64,000 bases of DNA from an uncultured Verrucomicrobiota bacterium (GTDB taxonomy: Bacteria > Verrucomicrobiota > Verrucomicrobiia > Limisphaerales > CAIMTB01), in contig CAYZAE010000007.1 in assembly GCA_964476125.1 (NCBI GenBank), forward strand, positions 10,290 to 74,289. The letters are read 5' to 3'. Below, in pieces: positions 21,086 to 30,353 of this stretch. Below the pieces are notes generated by a model that saw only the letters and a list, made by a program, of their open reading frames with translations, ran no database searches and had not been told where the DNA came from. Both the position numbers and the translations under genes were made by a program. Position 1 is the first letter of the stretch. Each line of letters opens with the position of its first letter.

Positions 21086-22501
21086 ATGACGCTAGTGAGC
21101 TTGCTTCCCATGAAGTCCAACACGACGGCGGAGGGCGGTGCCTGGTGGCGGAACCTGACCGGTTACCATTGGTTTGTGTTCTCGATGGCTGCCTTGGCCT
21201 GGCTTTTCGACTGCCTGGACCAGCAGCTGTTCATCCTGGCTCGGGCGGATGCCATGCGGTCGTTGCTGCCGCCGGGCTTGGATGGGAATCTTTATGGTGG
21301 GTATGCGACGTCTATTTTTGTGGCGGGATGGGCGACGGGCGGGTTGATTTTCGGTTCGGTTGGCGACCGCATTGGTCGGGCCAGGACGTTGACGATCACG
21401 GTTCTGATGTATTCGGTGTTCACCGGACTTTCGGCGTTATCGAAGGGTTGGGTGGATTTTGCTGTGTACCGGTTTGTGACCGGATTGGGTGTGGGGGGGG
21501 TGTTCGGGTTGGCGGTGGCTTTGATTGCGGACACGTTGCCGGACTCCTCCCGATCGGGGGCCCTTGGTTCTCTTCAGGCTCTCTCAGCTGTTGGGAACAT
21601 CTCCGCGGGTTTGATCAGCATAGGGATTGGTTCGCTGGTTGCTTCCGGGACGATTGCTCCCTCGTGGTCGTGGAAGCTGATGTTTTTGATTGGAGCGATT
21701 CCGGCATTTCTGTGTGTTTTTCTGCAGCTGAGGTTGAAGGAGCCCGAGAAGTGGGTTCGTGCGCGGGAGGAGGGAAGGCGGACGGGGGTGGCTTTTGGTT
21801 CTTATGGATCGTTGTTTGGAGAGTCGCGGTGGCGGAAACCGGCGTTGCTTGGGATGGTGTTGTGCATTGCGGGGGTGATTGGGCTTTGGGGGATTGGCTT
21901 TTTTTCGCCTGAACTTGTGGGACCGGTCATCGAGCGTTCCTTGCAGGAGCAGAATCTGCCGAAGGAGGCGATTGCCGGGGCGCGTTCGAGGTGGATTGGT
22001 CTGAATTCCATCATGCTGAACGTTGGGGCGTTCATCGGCATGCTGTTGATGACTCGGGCTGCGCAGCGGTTTGGTCGGAAGCCCGCCTTTGCGGTGGCTT
22101 TTGTTCTGGCGATGGCGGCCACCATCGCTTTTTTCCGGTTGTTTGATTCGAAGTACGACGTGTTCTGGCTGAGCCCGATCATGGGAATGTGCCAGCTGTC
22201 GCTGTTCGCGGGTTTCGCGATTTATCTTCCGGAGCTTTTCCCGATCCGGCTGCGCAGCACGGGCACAAGCTTTTGTTACAACGTGGGCCGATTCGTGGCG
22301 GCCAGCGGACCGTTTACGTTGGGCAAGCTTCAGGCGGCTCTGAAAGTGGGGGCTGCGACGCCCGAGGCGAAGATCGAGGCGTTTCGGAATGCTGCCACCT
22401 GGATGAGCCTGGTTTTCCTTCTGGGTTTGGTCGCGTTGTTTTTTCTGCCGGAAACGAAGGATCGTCCCTTGCCGGAGGATCTGCCTGTGGGTGCGCGCTG
22501 A
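21086..22501 (+). CDS. MFS transporter (sugar/aromatic-acid porter-like)
   Basis: Frame 21047..22501. The TTG at 21047 abuts the terminator, so ATG 21086 (or 21110) is preferred. WLFDCLDQQLF, GSVGDRIGRARTL, PELFPIRLRSTGTSFCYNVGR. Confidence 0.8.
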   Translation: MTLVSLLPMKSNTTAEGGAWWRNLTGYHWFVFSMAALAWLFDCLDQQLFILARADAMRSLLPPGLDGNLYGGYATSIFVAGWATGGLIFGSVGDRIGRARTLTITVLMYSVFTGLSALSKGWVDFAVYRFVTGLGVGGVFGLAVALIADTLPDSSRSGALGSLQALSAVGNISAGLISIGIGSLVASGTIAPSWSWKLMFLIGAIPAFLCVFLQLRLKEPEKWVRAREEGRRTGVAFGSYGSLFGESRWRKPALLGMVLCIAGVIGLWGIGFFSPELVGPVIERSLQEQNLPKEAIAGARSRWIGLNSIMLNVGAFIGMLLMTRAAQRFGRKPAFAVAFVLAMAATIAFFRLFDSKYDVFWLSPIMGMCQLSLFAGFAIYLPELFPIRLRSTGTSFCYNVGRFVAASGPFTLGKLQAALKVGAATPEAKIEAFRNAATWMSLVFLLGLVALFFLPETKDRPLPEDLPVGAR

Positions 22502-22561
22502 AGAGACAGGGGTTTTGTGGGGGGCGGGGGGTGTTGGGCGAGACCTTCCAAAGCACGAACC

Positions 22562-22592
22562 CCGGTCGAACCCTTTTTTCAGGGTCGGCCGG
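22562..22592. terminator. Imperfect hairpin between convergent MFS and flagellin genes (possible bidirectional terminator)
   Basis: CCGGTCG(A)ACCCT-TTTTC-AGGGTCGGCCGG, about 12 bp with one bulge. There is no clean U-tract on either strand. Confidence 0.3.
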
Positions 22593-22624
22593 GGTTGGTT
22601 GGGTGCTGGTTGGCCGCGTTGGGC

Positions 22625-23431
22625 TCAGCTGAGGAGCCGGAGGGCTCCCTGCGGAAGGGTGTTCGCCTGGGCGAGCATGGCCGTTCCGGATTGGACGAGG
22701 ATGTTGTACCTCGCGTACTCGGTACTCTCTTCGGCGACGTCGACGTCTTTGATCCGACTGTTGGCGGCTGAGAGGTTGGACTTCAGGTCTCCGAGTTGCT
22801 CGGTCGTATAGTTGAGTCTCTGCAGGTTGGCGCCGACCGTGGCGCGGTCCGCGGACAGCTGGGTGATGGCGGCCTTCACGTTCGTGAGGGCGGTGGCGGC
22901 ACCACCGAGTGCGGAGAGGTCCATGCCCTGGGTGGCATCGGTATAGACCGTGCCTCCGAGGTCGACGTTGGACATGCTCCAGGTGTTGGCATCGCTGTCT
23001 ACGGTGACATTCAAAGCCGTGGCCGAGAAGAGACTCACTCCGTTGAAGTCCTTGGTCGCGATATCGTCGACATATGTGGCCAGTTCCTGATATTCCTTAT
23101 CATAGAGGGCCTTGTCGGCGGTGGTCTTGGTGACATCCTGGGCGAGCACGGCGAGTTCACTCATGCGATCGAGGGCCTTGTGGGCTTTCTTGAGAAAGCC
23201 GTCCTGGGTCTGGCTGAACGAGATCGCATTCGAGAGGTTGCTGGTGGTCGCGTTGATGCGGTTTACCTGGGCGTCGAAGCGCATGGAAACCGCGAGTCCT
23301 GCCGAGTCGTCCTCCGGGGAGGTGATCTTGGAGCCGGAGGAAAGGCGGGTCAGTGACTTCGCCAATCGGGTGGACGATTCCGAGAGCAATTGAGAGCTGA
23401 GTTGAGCCGAGATGTTGGTGTTAATGATCAT
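22625..23431 (-). CDS. fliC: Flagellin (short, D0/D1-only type)
   Basis: 268 aa. MIINTNISAQ...RLSSGSKITSPEDDSAGLAVSMRF...N-terminal half, and C-terminal EESTEYARYNILVQSGTAMLAQANTLPQGALRLLS. Confidence 0.95.
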   Translation of the reverse strand: MIINTNISAQLSSQLLSESSTRLAKSLTRLSSGSKITSPEDDSAGLAVSMRFDAQVNRINATTSNLSNAISFSQTQDGFLKKAHKALDRMSELAVLAQDVTKTTADKALYDKEYQELATYVDDIATKDFNGVSLFSATALNVTVDSDANTWSMSNVDLGGTVYTDATQGMDLSALGGAATALTNVKAAITQLSADRATVGANLQRLNYTTEQLGDLKSNLSAANSRIKDVDVAEESTEYARYNILVQSGTAMLAQANTLPQGALRLLS

Positions 23432-23438
23432 AACCGTA

Positions 23439-23496
23439 CTCTTTCCGTGAGTCGCCCCATACGGGGCCTTGACGTCTTTGGCGGCATCCTTGCCGC
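23439..23496 (-). promoter_or_regulatory. Flagellin-1 mRNA leader with two CsrA-type GGA sites (hairpin loop plus SD-overlapping)
   Basis: Minus-strand RNA has GCGGC-AAGGAU-GCCGC (23481-23496) and UCACGGAAAGAG (23439-23450) just 5' of the AUG. Confidence 0.5.
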
Positions 23497-23570
23497 AAGG
23501 TGAACGATTGGGAGGTGTTCACCATTGACCTCACCGGCTCTTCCTGGCTGCCGGCCGCCTGACGACAGAA

Positions 23571-23597
23571 GTATCGGCGGAATACGCGGGCACTTGA
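23571..23597 (-). promoter_or_regulatory. sigma28 (FliA)-type promoter of flagellin-1
   Basis: Minus strand reads TCAAGTGC-N11-GCCGATAC (consensus TAAAGTTT-N11-GCCGATAA). It lies about 130 nt upstream of the ATG. Confidence 0.6.
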
Positions 23598-23742
23598 GTT
23601 GCCTGGTGGGCACGGCGGGCGGGAGGGATCATGGCGGTTGGGGTGGGTGGGGCCGGGGAGAAAGCGGAACCCCGGCGGGCGCCTTGGGGGAGGCACCGGC
23701 CGGGGTTGGAGTGATCCGGTCTGGGCTGGGACCGGAGCGAGG

Positions 23743-24549
23743 TCAGCTCAGGAGCCGCAGGGCGGCCTGGGGCTGGGCGTTTGCCTGGGCGAGCATCGCG
23801 GTGCCCGATTGCACGAGGATGTTGTACCTCGCGTATTCGGTGCTTTCCTGGGCGACATCGACGTCCTTGATGCGGCTGTTGGCGGACATCAGGTTGGTCT
23901 TCTGGATCGCGAGTTGTTCGTTGGTGTAGTTGAGTCGGGTGAGATTGGCCCCGATGGTGGCGCGGTCCGTGGACAGCTGGGTGATGGCCGCCTTGACGTT
24001 GGTGAGGGCGGTGACGCCTCCGTTTGCGGCGGAGAGATCCATGCCCTGGGTGGCGTCGGTGTAGGTGGCGGTGCTGAGGTCGACGGCGGACATGGCCCAG
24101 GTTGCGGCTTCGCTATCGACGGTGACGTTCAGGGCGGTGGAGCCGAAGAGGCTGACGCCGTTGAAGTCCTTGGTGGCGATGTCGTCGACGTAGGCGCCGA
24201 GTTCCTGGTATTCCTTGTCGTAGAGGGCTTTGTCAGCCGTGGACTTGGTGACGTCCTGGGCGAGGACCGCGAGTTCGCTCATGCGATCCAGGGCCTTGGA
24301 GGCCTTCTTGAGGAAGCCCTCCTGGGTCTGGGTGAACGAGACGGCGCTCGTGATGTTGTTGCTGGTGGCGTTGATTCGGTTGACCTGTGCGTCGAAGCGC
24401 ATGGACACCGCGAGTCCGGCTGCGTCGTCTTCCGGGGAAACGATTTTCGATCCGGAGGACAGGCGTGATAGCGACTTGGCCAGGCGATTGGAGGAATCAG
24501 CGAGAAGCTGAGAGCTCTGCTGGGCCGAGACGTTTGTGTTGATGACCAT
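23743..24549 (-). CDS. fliC: Flagellin paralog (short type)
   Basis: ATG at 24549 (MVINTNVSAQ) aligns with paralog 1 and with an identical SD spacing. The ORF-track start 24555 is a GTG two codons upstream. Confidence 0.95.
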   Translation of the reverse strand: MVINTNVSAQQSSQLLADSSNRLAKSLSRLSSGSKIVSPEDDAAGLAVSMRFDAQVNRINATSNNITSAVSFTQTQEGFLKKASKALDRMSELAVLAQDVTKSTADKALYDKEYQELGAYVDDIATKDFNGVSLFGSTALNVTVDSEAATWAMSAVDLSTATYTDATQGMDLSAANGGVTALTNVKAAITQLSTDRATIGANLTRLNYTNEQLAIQKTNLMSANSRIKDVDVAQESTEYARYNILVQSGTAMLAQANAQPQAALRLLS

Positions 24550-24554
24550 AACCA

Positions 24555-24612
24555 CTCTTTCCTTGAGCGGCCCCGGGAGGGGCCTTGTTGTTTTTTAACG
24601 GCATCCTTGCCG
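24555..24612 (-). promoter_or_regulatory. Flagellin-2 mRNA leader with two CsrA-type GGA sites
   Basis: Minus-strand RNA has CGGC-AAGGAU-GCCG (24599-24612) and CUCAAGGAAAGAG (24555-24567) over the SD. Confidence 0.5.
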
Positions 24613-24686
24613 CGAGACGGGATTGTTGGAGGTCCCCGTCGTTTTCCTCTCTGGTGGTTCCGGGCGACCAGCCGCCCTGCAACCAT

Positions 24687-24714
24687 GCATCGGCCGGATG
24701 GCCGGATGTCTTTA
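24687..24714 (-). promoter_or_regulatory. sigma28-type promoter of flagellin-2
   Basis: Minus strand reads TAAAGACA-N12-GCCGATGC. The -35 overlaps the stop codon of the upstream HD-GYP gene. Leader length is about 130 nt, as for flagellin-1. Confidence 0.5.
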
Positions 24715-25959
24715 GCAATACACCAGCAGCGACTGGGTGATGTCGCTGACGAGGTTGTGGTTCTTGAGTTTGGTGATGTGAGGGAGGCTGAGGGCTTCGC
24801 CGGCCCGGATGAGGAGGATGCCGTTGGAGGTGTAGATGCCGCTGGCGAGGACCATTCCGGGGGTCAGTTCGGAGATGAGGACTTCGCGTTGGCGGCGGGG
24901 GACGACGGCATGGGGCAGGCTGCGGGTGAAGGCGCGGACGGCTTCGGGATCGAAGGCGGAGCCGCTGGCATTGCGGATCCATTCGACGGCGACGGGGCCT
25001 TCGGTGGGGCAATGGGCGTAGGCGACGGCGACGGCCAGGAGGCGGGCGAGCCAGGGGATTTGATCGCGGGAGAGGTGGTCGGGGTATCCGGTGCCGTCGA
25101 AGCGTTCGTGGTGGGCCCGGATGATGGTGCCTACGGCTTCGAGGTTATGGCCGAAGTTGGCGAGTTCCTGGCCGGCGGCGGGGTGACGTTCGATGAGGAG
25201 GCGTTCCGATTCGTCGAGGCTGTTGGGATCGGTTTGCCATTTGCGGATGAGGCTGCGTGGAGTGCCGAGGAGGCCGATATCGTGGAGCCAGGAAGCGATC
25301 TCAAAGATTTGGCGGTCGTCGGGGGAGAGTTCGAGGCTGCCGGCCATGGCCTTGCAGAGTTCGAAGACGCGGCGGGCCTGGTGGGCGAGGATGGGGTTGA
25401 AGGCCTCCAGGGATTTGACGCTGAGAAGGATGGAGCGGTGGAGGTTGTTGTGGAGGGCGCGGTTGAGAAGGTCGAGTTCGGAGTTTTGTTCGGCGATGCG
25501 GGCGACTTTGGCGGAGAGTTCCGCGTTCATGCCGCGGGTGGCTTCGTAGAGGGCGGCGTTGGATCGGAGCAGTTCGAACCGCTGGACGGCGTTTTTTACG
25601 GCCGCGAGGAGTTCCTCGCGCAGCCAGGGCTTGATGATGAACCGGTAGATTTCGCCTTTGTTGATGGCATCGATGGCGACGCTGAGGCTGAGAACGGCGG
25701 TGATGAGGATTCGCGAGGCGTCGGGCTGGAATTGTTTGGCCTGGGCGAGGAATTCCAGGCCGGAGAGCTGGGGCATTTGCTGGTCGGTGATGATGACACC
25801 GAAGGATTCCTTTTTGATCCGCTCGAGCCCGTCGAGGGGATTGGCCAGAGCCACCACATCGTAGCCCTCCCGTTGAAGTGCGCCCGAGAGTGCAATGAGG
25901 ACGATCTGTTCGTCGTCGATGATCAGGATCCGGTTGCGCGGGTCGGGAGAGTCGGCCAT
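24712..25959 (-). CDS. Response regulator with HD-GYP (c-di-GMP phosphodiesterase-type) output domain
   Basis: 415 aa. REC (ILIIDDEQ...VIITDQQMPQLSG...FIIKPW), then HDIGLLG...HHERFDGTGYP. Confidence 0.88.
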   Translation of the reverse strand: MADSPDPRNRILIIDDEQIVLIALSGALQREGYDVVALANPLDGLERIKKESFGVIITDQQMPQLSGLEFLAQAKQFQPDASRILITAVLSLSVAIDAINKGEIYRFIIKPWLREELLAAVKNAVQRFELLRSNAALYEATRGMNAELSAKVARIAEQNSELDLLNRALHNNLHRSILLSVKSLEAFNPILAHQARRVFELCKAMAGSLELSPDDRQIFEIASWLHDIGLLGTPRSLIRKWQTDPNSLDESERLLIERHPAAGQELANFGHNLEAVGTIIRAHHERFDGTGYPDHLSRDQIPWLARLLAVAVAYAHCPTEGPVAVEWIRNASGSAFDPEAVRAFTRSLPHAVVPRRQREVLISELTPGMVLASGIYTSNGILLIRAGEALSLPHITKLKNHNLVSDITQSLLVYC

Positions 25960-25975
25960 GGCGGCGGGGGGAATG

Positions 25976-27979
25976 TCAGGTGAAGAGGTTCCGGATGCGG
26001 CGGACCATCTCGGCTTCGCTCATGTCGGTCCCGATCAGCAAGTCTATTCGCGGCAGGAGGTCGCTGGGAAGTTGTTCGGGGTCGCCGCCGACCAGCTGAA
26101 GGATCACGGTGAGTTTGGGGTGGGACTGTCGGACCTCGGGGATGAGATGGAGGAAGGAGGTGTCGGCGGGGCTCGCGAGCACGGCCAGTCCATGGAACTG
26201 GTTGTCTTCGCCGGCGAGGATGTCGCGGGTGCGGTCGGGAGCGAAGGCCTGGAGGACGTAGTAACCGTGGACGCGGAGGAATTCGGCGGTGGAGTCGTGG
26301 AGGAATCCGGGTTCGCCGGCGAGGAGGATGCTGGGGCGTTGTTGGACGACGGCGTTTTGGACGCGTTCGGCTTCGGAGAAATCGGCGAGGGGCAGCCAGA
26401 TGGAGAACTGGGTGCCGACGCCTTCCTGGGAGGAGACGGAGATGGCGCCGCGGTGGCGTTCGACGAAGAGTCGGGCGTTGTAGAGGCCGAGCCCGGAGCC
26501 TTTGTTGACGGGTTTGGTGGTGAAAAAGGGGTCGAAGACGAGGGGCAGATGGCGTGGGGCGATGCCGCAGCCGGAGTCCTGGGCGCTGAGGCAGACGCAG
26601 GGGAAGTGGGGGAATTTGCCGTGGGTGTGCGGGGGGGGGGAGCCGGATTCGCAGTATTCGGTGCGGAAGGTGAGTTTTCCGCGCTGGGGCATGGCTTCGG
26701 CGGCGTTCAGGGCGATGTTGAGGACCACCTGGCGCAGTTCAACGGCGTCCACGTACAGGGGCAGCTGGCGTGGGCTGAGTTGGGTTTCGACGAGGATTCG
26801 GCGGGGAAGGACGCGTTGGGCGAGGTCGGTGAGTTCGGCGATGGTTTCGTTGAGGTCGAGGTAGTTCTGTTCGCCGGTCTGGCAGCGATGGAGGCTCATC
26901 ATGCGTTGGACGAGCTGGCAGGCCTGCATGGCGTTGCCGCGAATCAGATTAAGTCCGGCGGTGAAGGGGTGTTGATCATCCGTTTGGGAGAGGAACGACT
27001 CCGAGAGGGAGAGGATTCCGGCGAGGATGTTGCTGAAGTCGTGGGCCAGACCCATGGTGAGGGTGGCGAGGGTTTCCTTCCAGGCGGAGGAGGAGAGCCG
27101 GCGTTCGGCGATTTTCTCGCGGGTGACGTCGAGCCAGAAGCCCTCGTAGCAGATGATGAGGCCGGAGGCGCTGACCACCGCCTGCCGGTGTTCCATGACG
27201 TGGGCGACCCTGCCGGTCTGGAGATTCCGGACCCGGAAGTAGGTGGTTACGCCGGCGGGGCTGCGGATGGCGCGGCGGCACTGGTTTTGGAGTTCCTCGG
27301 CATCGGCCTCGTGGATGACCTGCCAGAAGCTGCGGCTTTTGGAGAGCCATTGTTCCGAACCGATGCCCGTGAGGTCGGAGATGCGGGGGCTGACGGACTG
27401 GAAGGAGAAATCGGCGCGCTGGCTGAAGAGGACGCCGGGCCAGGAGTCCATCAGGTTGGCGAGTTGGGCTTCCGCGCGAAGAAGCCGGATGAACATCTGG
27501 CGCGATTCACGTTCGCCGGCGAGGTAGGCGTTCCAGGGGGATTCCGCGAGTTCGGTGAAGGGGGGGAGGGTGGATTGGATGCGGAGGGTCCAGCCTGTGC
27601 CGAGGTGGACCAGTTCGACCTCGTACCATGCGGAGCCTTCCTCCCGGAGGATGCGGAGTTGGCTGGTGGAGAAGGGTTTGGATTCGTCCCACCGGGGGGA
27701 ATCGAGCCAGGCGGGGGCAAGGGTTCCGAAGATTTTGTCCCAGGGCTGTCCGATGGGATCGGTGCCTGCGCGTTGGAACCAGTGGATCAGTTCGTCACTG
27801 AGGCGAAGGATCCTGCGGTCGGTGTCGAGCAATGCCGTGCCGGTTTGGATCCAGAGTAGACTGGCCCTGGACTCTGCAAGGGGCACAGCCGGGATCAGGG
27901 AATCCTGAGCGGGTGGGGGATCGTTGGAGGGGGCGGCGTTGTCGCTCATGGGGTCGGATTCCGGTGGGCGCCGCGCCAT
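25976..27979 (-). CDS. Cytoplasmic PAS-PAS sensor histidine kinase with C-terminal receiver-like domain lacking an obvious phospho-Asp
   Basis: 667 aa. H-box GLAHDFSNIL, ATPase G-box KGSGLGLYNARLFVERHRG. The tail ILLAGEP...GLAVLASP has no acidic phosphoacceptor. Starts 13 nt after the cheA stop. Confidence 0.85.
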   Translation of the reverse strand: MARRPPESDPMSDNAAPSNDPPPAQDSLIPAVPLAESRASLLWIQTGTALLDTDRRILRLSDELIHWFQRAGTDPIGQPWDKIFGTLAPAWLDSPRWDESKPFSTSQLRILREEGSAWYEVELVHLGTGWTLRIQSTLPPFTELAESPWNAYLAGERESRQMFIRLLRAEAQLANLMDSWPGVLFSQRADFSFQSVSPRISDLTGIGSEQWLSKSRSFWQVIHEADAEELQNQCRRAIRSPAGVTTYFRVRNLQTGRVAHVMEHRQAVVSASGLIICYEGFWLDVTREKIAERRLSSSAWKETLATLTMGLAHDFSNILAGILSLSESFLSQTDDQHPFTAGLNLIRGNAMQACQLVQRMMSLHRCQTGEQNYLDLNETIAELTDLAQRVLPRRILVETQLSPRQLPLYVDAVELRQVVLNIALNAAEAMPQRGKLTFRTEYCESGSPPPHTHGKFPHFPCVCLSAQDSGCGIAPRHLPLVFDPFFTTKPVNKGSGLGLYNARLFVERHRGAISVSSQEGVGTQFSIWLPLADFSEAERVQNAVVQQRPSILLAGEPGFLHDSTAEFLRVHGYYVLQAFAPDRTRDILAGEDNQFHGLAVLASPADTSFLHLIPEVRQSHPKLTVILQLVGGDPEQLPSDLLPRIDLLIGTDMSEAEMVRRIRNLFT

Positions 27980-27991
27980 CGGGAAAGGCTA

Positions 27992-30187
27992 TCAATGGGC
28001 GAGGGCGAGGTCGAATCCGGCTTCCTGCGGGGAATCCTCGCGGCCATTGCGGTGGGAGCTTTCGGGGTGCAGCAGATCGTTGACATCGAGGATGAGACCG
28101 ACGCGACCGTCGCCCAGGATCGCTGCACCGGCGATAGCGTGGCAGGGTTTGAAGGATTCGCCGAGACTCTTGATGACGACCTCCTGTTTGCCGAGCAGTT
28201 GGTCGACGAGGAGGCAGCGGCTCTCCTGGTCGGATTCCAGCACGACGACGATGGATTGGGTGGGGTCCTCGCTGGCGGGTTCGATGCCCAGGTAGCGGTG
28301 GAGTCGGAGCATTGGGCACTGCCGGTTCCGGACGTTTACGAGTTCGCCCCGACGCTGGACGGTGGAGATCATCGCGGCCGTTGGGCGGAAGGATTCGCGC
28401 ACGGCCAGGGTGGGGAGAATGAACCGTTGGTCGCCGACCCCGACGATAAGGCCGTCGATGATGGCGAGGGTGAGCGGTAGGCTGATGGTGAACGTGGCGC
28501 CCAAGCCTGGAGTGGAAGCGATTTCGATTTTGCCGCGGAGGCTGCTGATGTTGCGCCGGACGACGTCGAGGCCCACGCCGCGTCCGGAGATTTCAGTTAC
28601 TTTTTCCGCGGTGGAGAATCCCGGGGCGAAGATCAGTGCGAAGACCTCCTGATCGGAGGGGGATTCGTCCTCGCGGAGGAGTCCCTGTTTGCGGGCCTTG
28701 GCGAGAATGCGATCCCGGCTGATACCGGATCCGTCGTCCTTGATTTCGATGACGATGTTGCCGCCGCGGTGGAAGGCGCGGAGTTGGATGGTGCCGTTGG
28801 GAGATTTGTTGGCGGCGATGCGTTTTTCGGGGGATTCGACGCCGTGATCGACGGCATTGCGCATCATGTGGACCAGGGGGTCCTCGAGTTTTTCGATGAG
28901 GTTGCGGTCGAGTTCCGTTTCTTCTCCGGAGAAGACGAGTTCGACCTGTTTGCCGGCCTTGATTGAGAGGTCCCGCACCAGGCGCTTCATTTTCTCGAAC
29001 GTGGCCTGGATTCGAACCATGCGCAGGGACATGGCGGTGCGCTGGAGTTCGGCGGTGAGGCGTCCGAGTTGGGTGAGGTGGCGTGCGAGTTGGGGGGTTT
29101 GCGAGGTCTGGAGGTCCGGGTCGTGGGCGACGAGCGACTGGGCGATGACCAGTTCGCCGACGAGATCCACGAGGCCGTCAAGTTTTTGGGTGTCGACTTT
29201 GACGAACCCGGCGCCGGAGCGGTGGTTGGGGCGGGTGGGTGCGTCACCTCCGGAGGTGACTTGGGGGGAGGCGGTGCCCTGGGGGGCTGGGGAAGTGGAG
29301 GGGCTTGGAGCGGCGGATGCCTGGCCTGCGGTGTCGTTGGTGGAGGGTAGGGTTCCTCGGTTGATGTGGCGCCGGATCCGTTCGATGAGGGGCAGTGTGG
29401 GGAGGCTGATCGGGGTGGGCAGGGCGGCTCCGTTGAGCTGGATCCGGATCTCCTCGACGAATCGGCGCAGGGTGTCGGCGCCGACGAGGATGATGTCGAT
29501 GACCGTGGCATCGATCTCCATTTTTCCCTGGCGGGCGAGATCGAGAAGGGACTCGAGGTCGTGGGCCAGGGTGTGGATGGGCTTGAGGTTGAGGAATCCG
29601 GAGCCGCCTTTGAACGTGTGGAAGGCGCGGAAGATCGAGTGCAGGGTGTCGGCGTCGGTCGGGCACTTTTCGAGGGTGAGCACGCCCTGTTCGATGGTGT
29701 TGAGATGTTCCTCGGATTCCGCGAGAAACTCCCGGAGCAGGTCCCCGTCCCGGGCCAGGTCGAGGAGAAGGGCTTGTTCCTGTCCGGAGGCTGGGTGGTC
29801 GGGGTTGGGAGTGCCGGTGTCGGCGGGGTTGGGCCCATTGCCGGCGGGGGTTGGAGCGGTCAACTCCTCGGGAATCTCGGGGAGGGGGCGTTCCTGTTCG
29901 AAGGCGGCGAGAGCGGTGCGCATCCAGGCGGCCCAAAGGCCGAGGCGCTCAAGGCTGTCCGCGGTGAAGCCTCCGGCATCCAGGGCGGCCTCCACGGATT
30001 GCCGGGCGGCGGCGAGGGCGGCGGAGAGGGGTGGAGGGACCGGACCATCCTTGGTGGCGGTTTCGATTTCTGCGACGAGGCTGTTGATGGGGAGAAGGCC
30101 GTCGTCCTTGCCGGGGCTGGCGAAAACCAGTTCCAAGGCGATTTTCTCTACCCGTTGAGAAATGGCAGAGAGGGTGGGGTCGCTCAT
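27992..30187 (-). CDS. cheA: Chemotaxis histidine kinase CheA
   Basis: 731 aa. Hpt SIFRAFHTFKGGSGFL, dimerisation FVKVDTQKLD, N-box HMMRNAVDHGVE, G-box GRGVGLDVV, and a C-terminal CheW-like domain. Confidence 0.94.
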   Translation of the reverse strand: MSDPTLSAISQRVEKIALELVFASPGKDDGLLPINSLVAEIETATKDGPVPPPLSAALAAARQSVEAALDAGGFTADSLERLGLWAAWMRTALAAFEQERPLPEIPEELTAPTPAGNGPNPADTGTPNPDHPASGQEQALLLDLARDGDLLREFLAESEEHLNTIEQGVLTLEKCPTDADTLHSIFRAFHTFKGGSGFLNLKPIHTLAHDLESLLDLARQGKMEIDATVIDIILVGADTLRRFVEEIRIQLNGAALPTPISLPTLPLIERIRRHINRGTLPSTNDTAGQASAAPSPSTSPAPQGTASPQVTSGGDAPTRPNHRSGAGFVKVDTQKLDGLVDLVGELVIAQSLVAHDPDLQTSQTPQLARHLTQLGRLTAELQRTAMSLRMVRIQATFEKMKRLVRDLSIKAGKQVELVFSGEETELDRNLIEKLEDPLVHMMRNAVDHGVESPEKRIAANKSPNGTIQLRAFHRGGNIVIEIKDDGSGISRDRILAKARKQGLLREDESPSDQEVFALIFAPGFSTAEKVTEISGRGVGLDVVRRNISSLRGKIEIASTPGLGATFTISLPLTLAIIDGLIVGVGDQRFILPTLAVRESFRPTAAMISTVQRRGELVNVRNRQCPMLRLHRYLGIEPASEDPTQSIVVVLESDQESRCLLVDQLLGKQEVVIKSLGESFKPCHAIAGAAILGDGRVGLILDVNDLLHPESSHRNGREDSPQEAGFDLALAH

Positions 30188-30353
30188 GGCAGTCCGTGCG
30201 TTGAAGGGGGCATGGGAGACGGTTGGGACCCGGGTTCCTGGGGGAACCCTTCCCGTGGGTGGCGTCGGACGGTGGACGGGGCGGGGAGCGGTCCTGGTTC
30301 ACTGCCTGGGTTGGACGTGATCGGGTCCCGTGTCATGTCGTGGCCTGTGAAGG

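Noticed and set aside
23479-23493. Plus-strand TGGCGGCATCCTTGC with perfect sigma54 GG-N10-GC spacing between the flagellin genes.
   Set aside because: It points away from flagellin-1, antisense into the flagellin-2 3' end. The flagellin-2 copy lacks the -24 GG. The conserved part (GGCATCCTTGCC) is better explained as the minus-strand AAGGAU hairpin in the mRNA leader.
30232-30249. 7-bp palindromic hairpin GGGTTCC-TGGG-GGAACCC in the cheB-cheA gap, as a possible terminator splitting the che operon.
   Set aside because: It is short, has no U-tract, and lies downstream of the candidate cheA promoter. More likely it is a 5'-UTR structure or chance, given the GC content.
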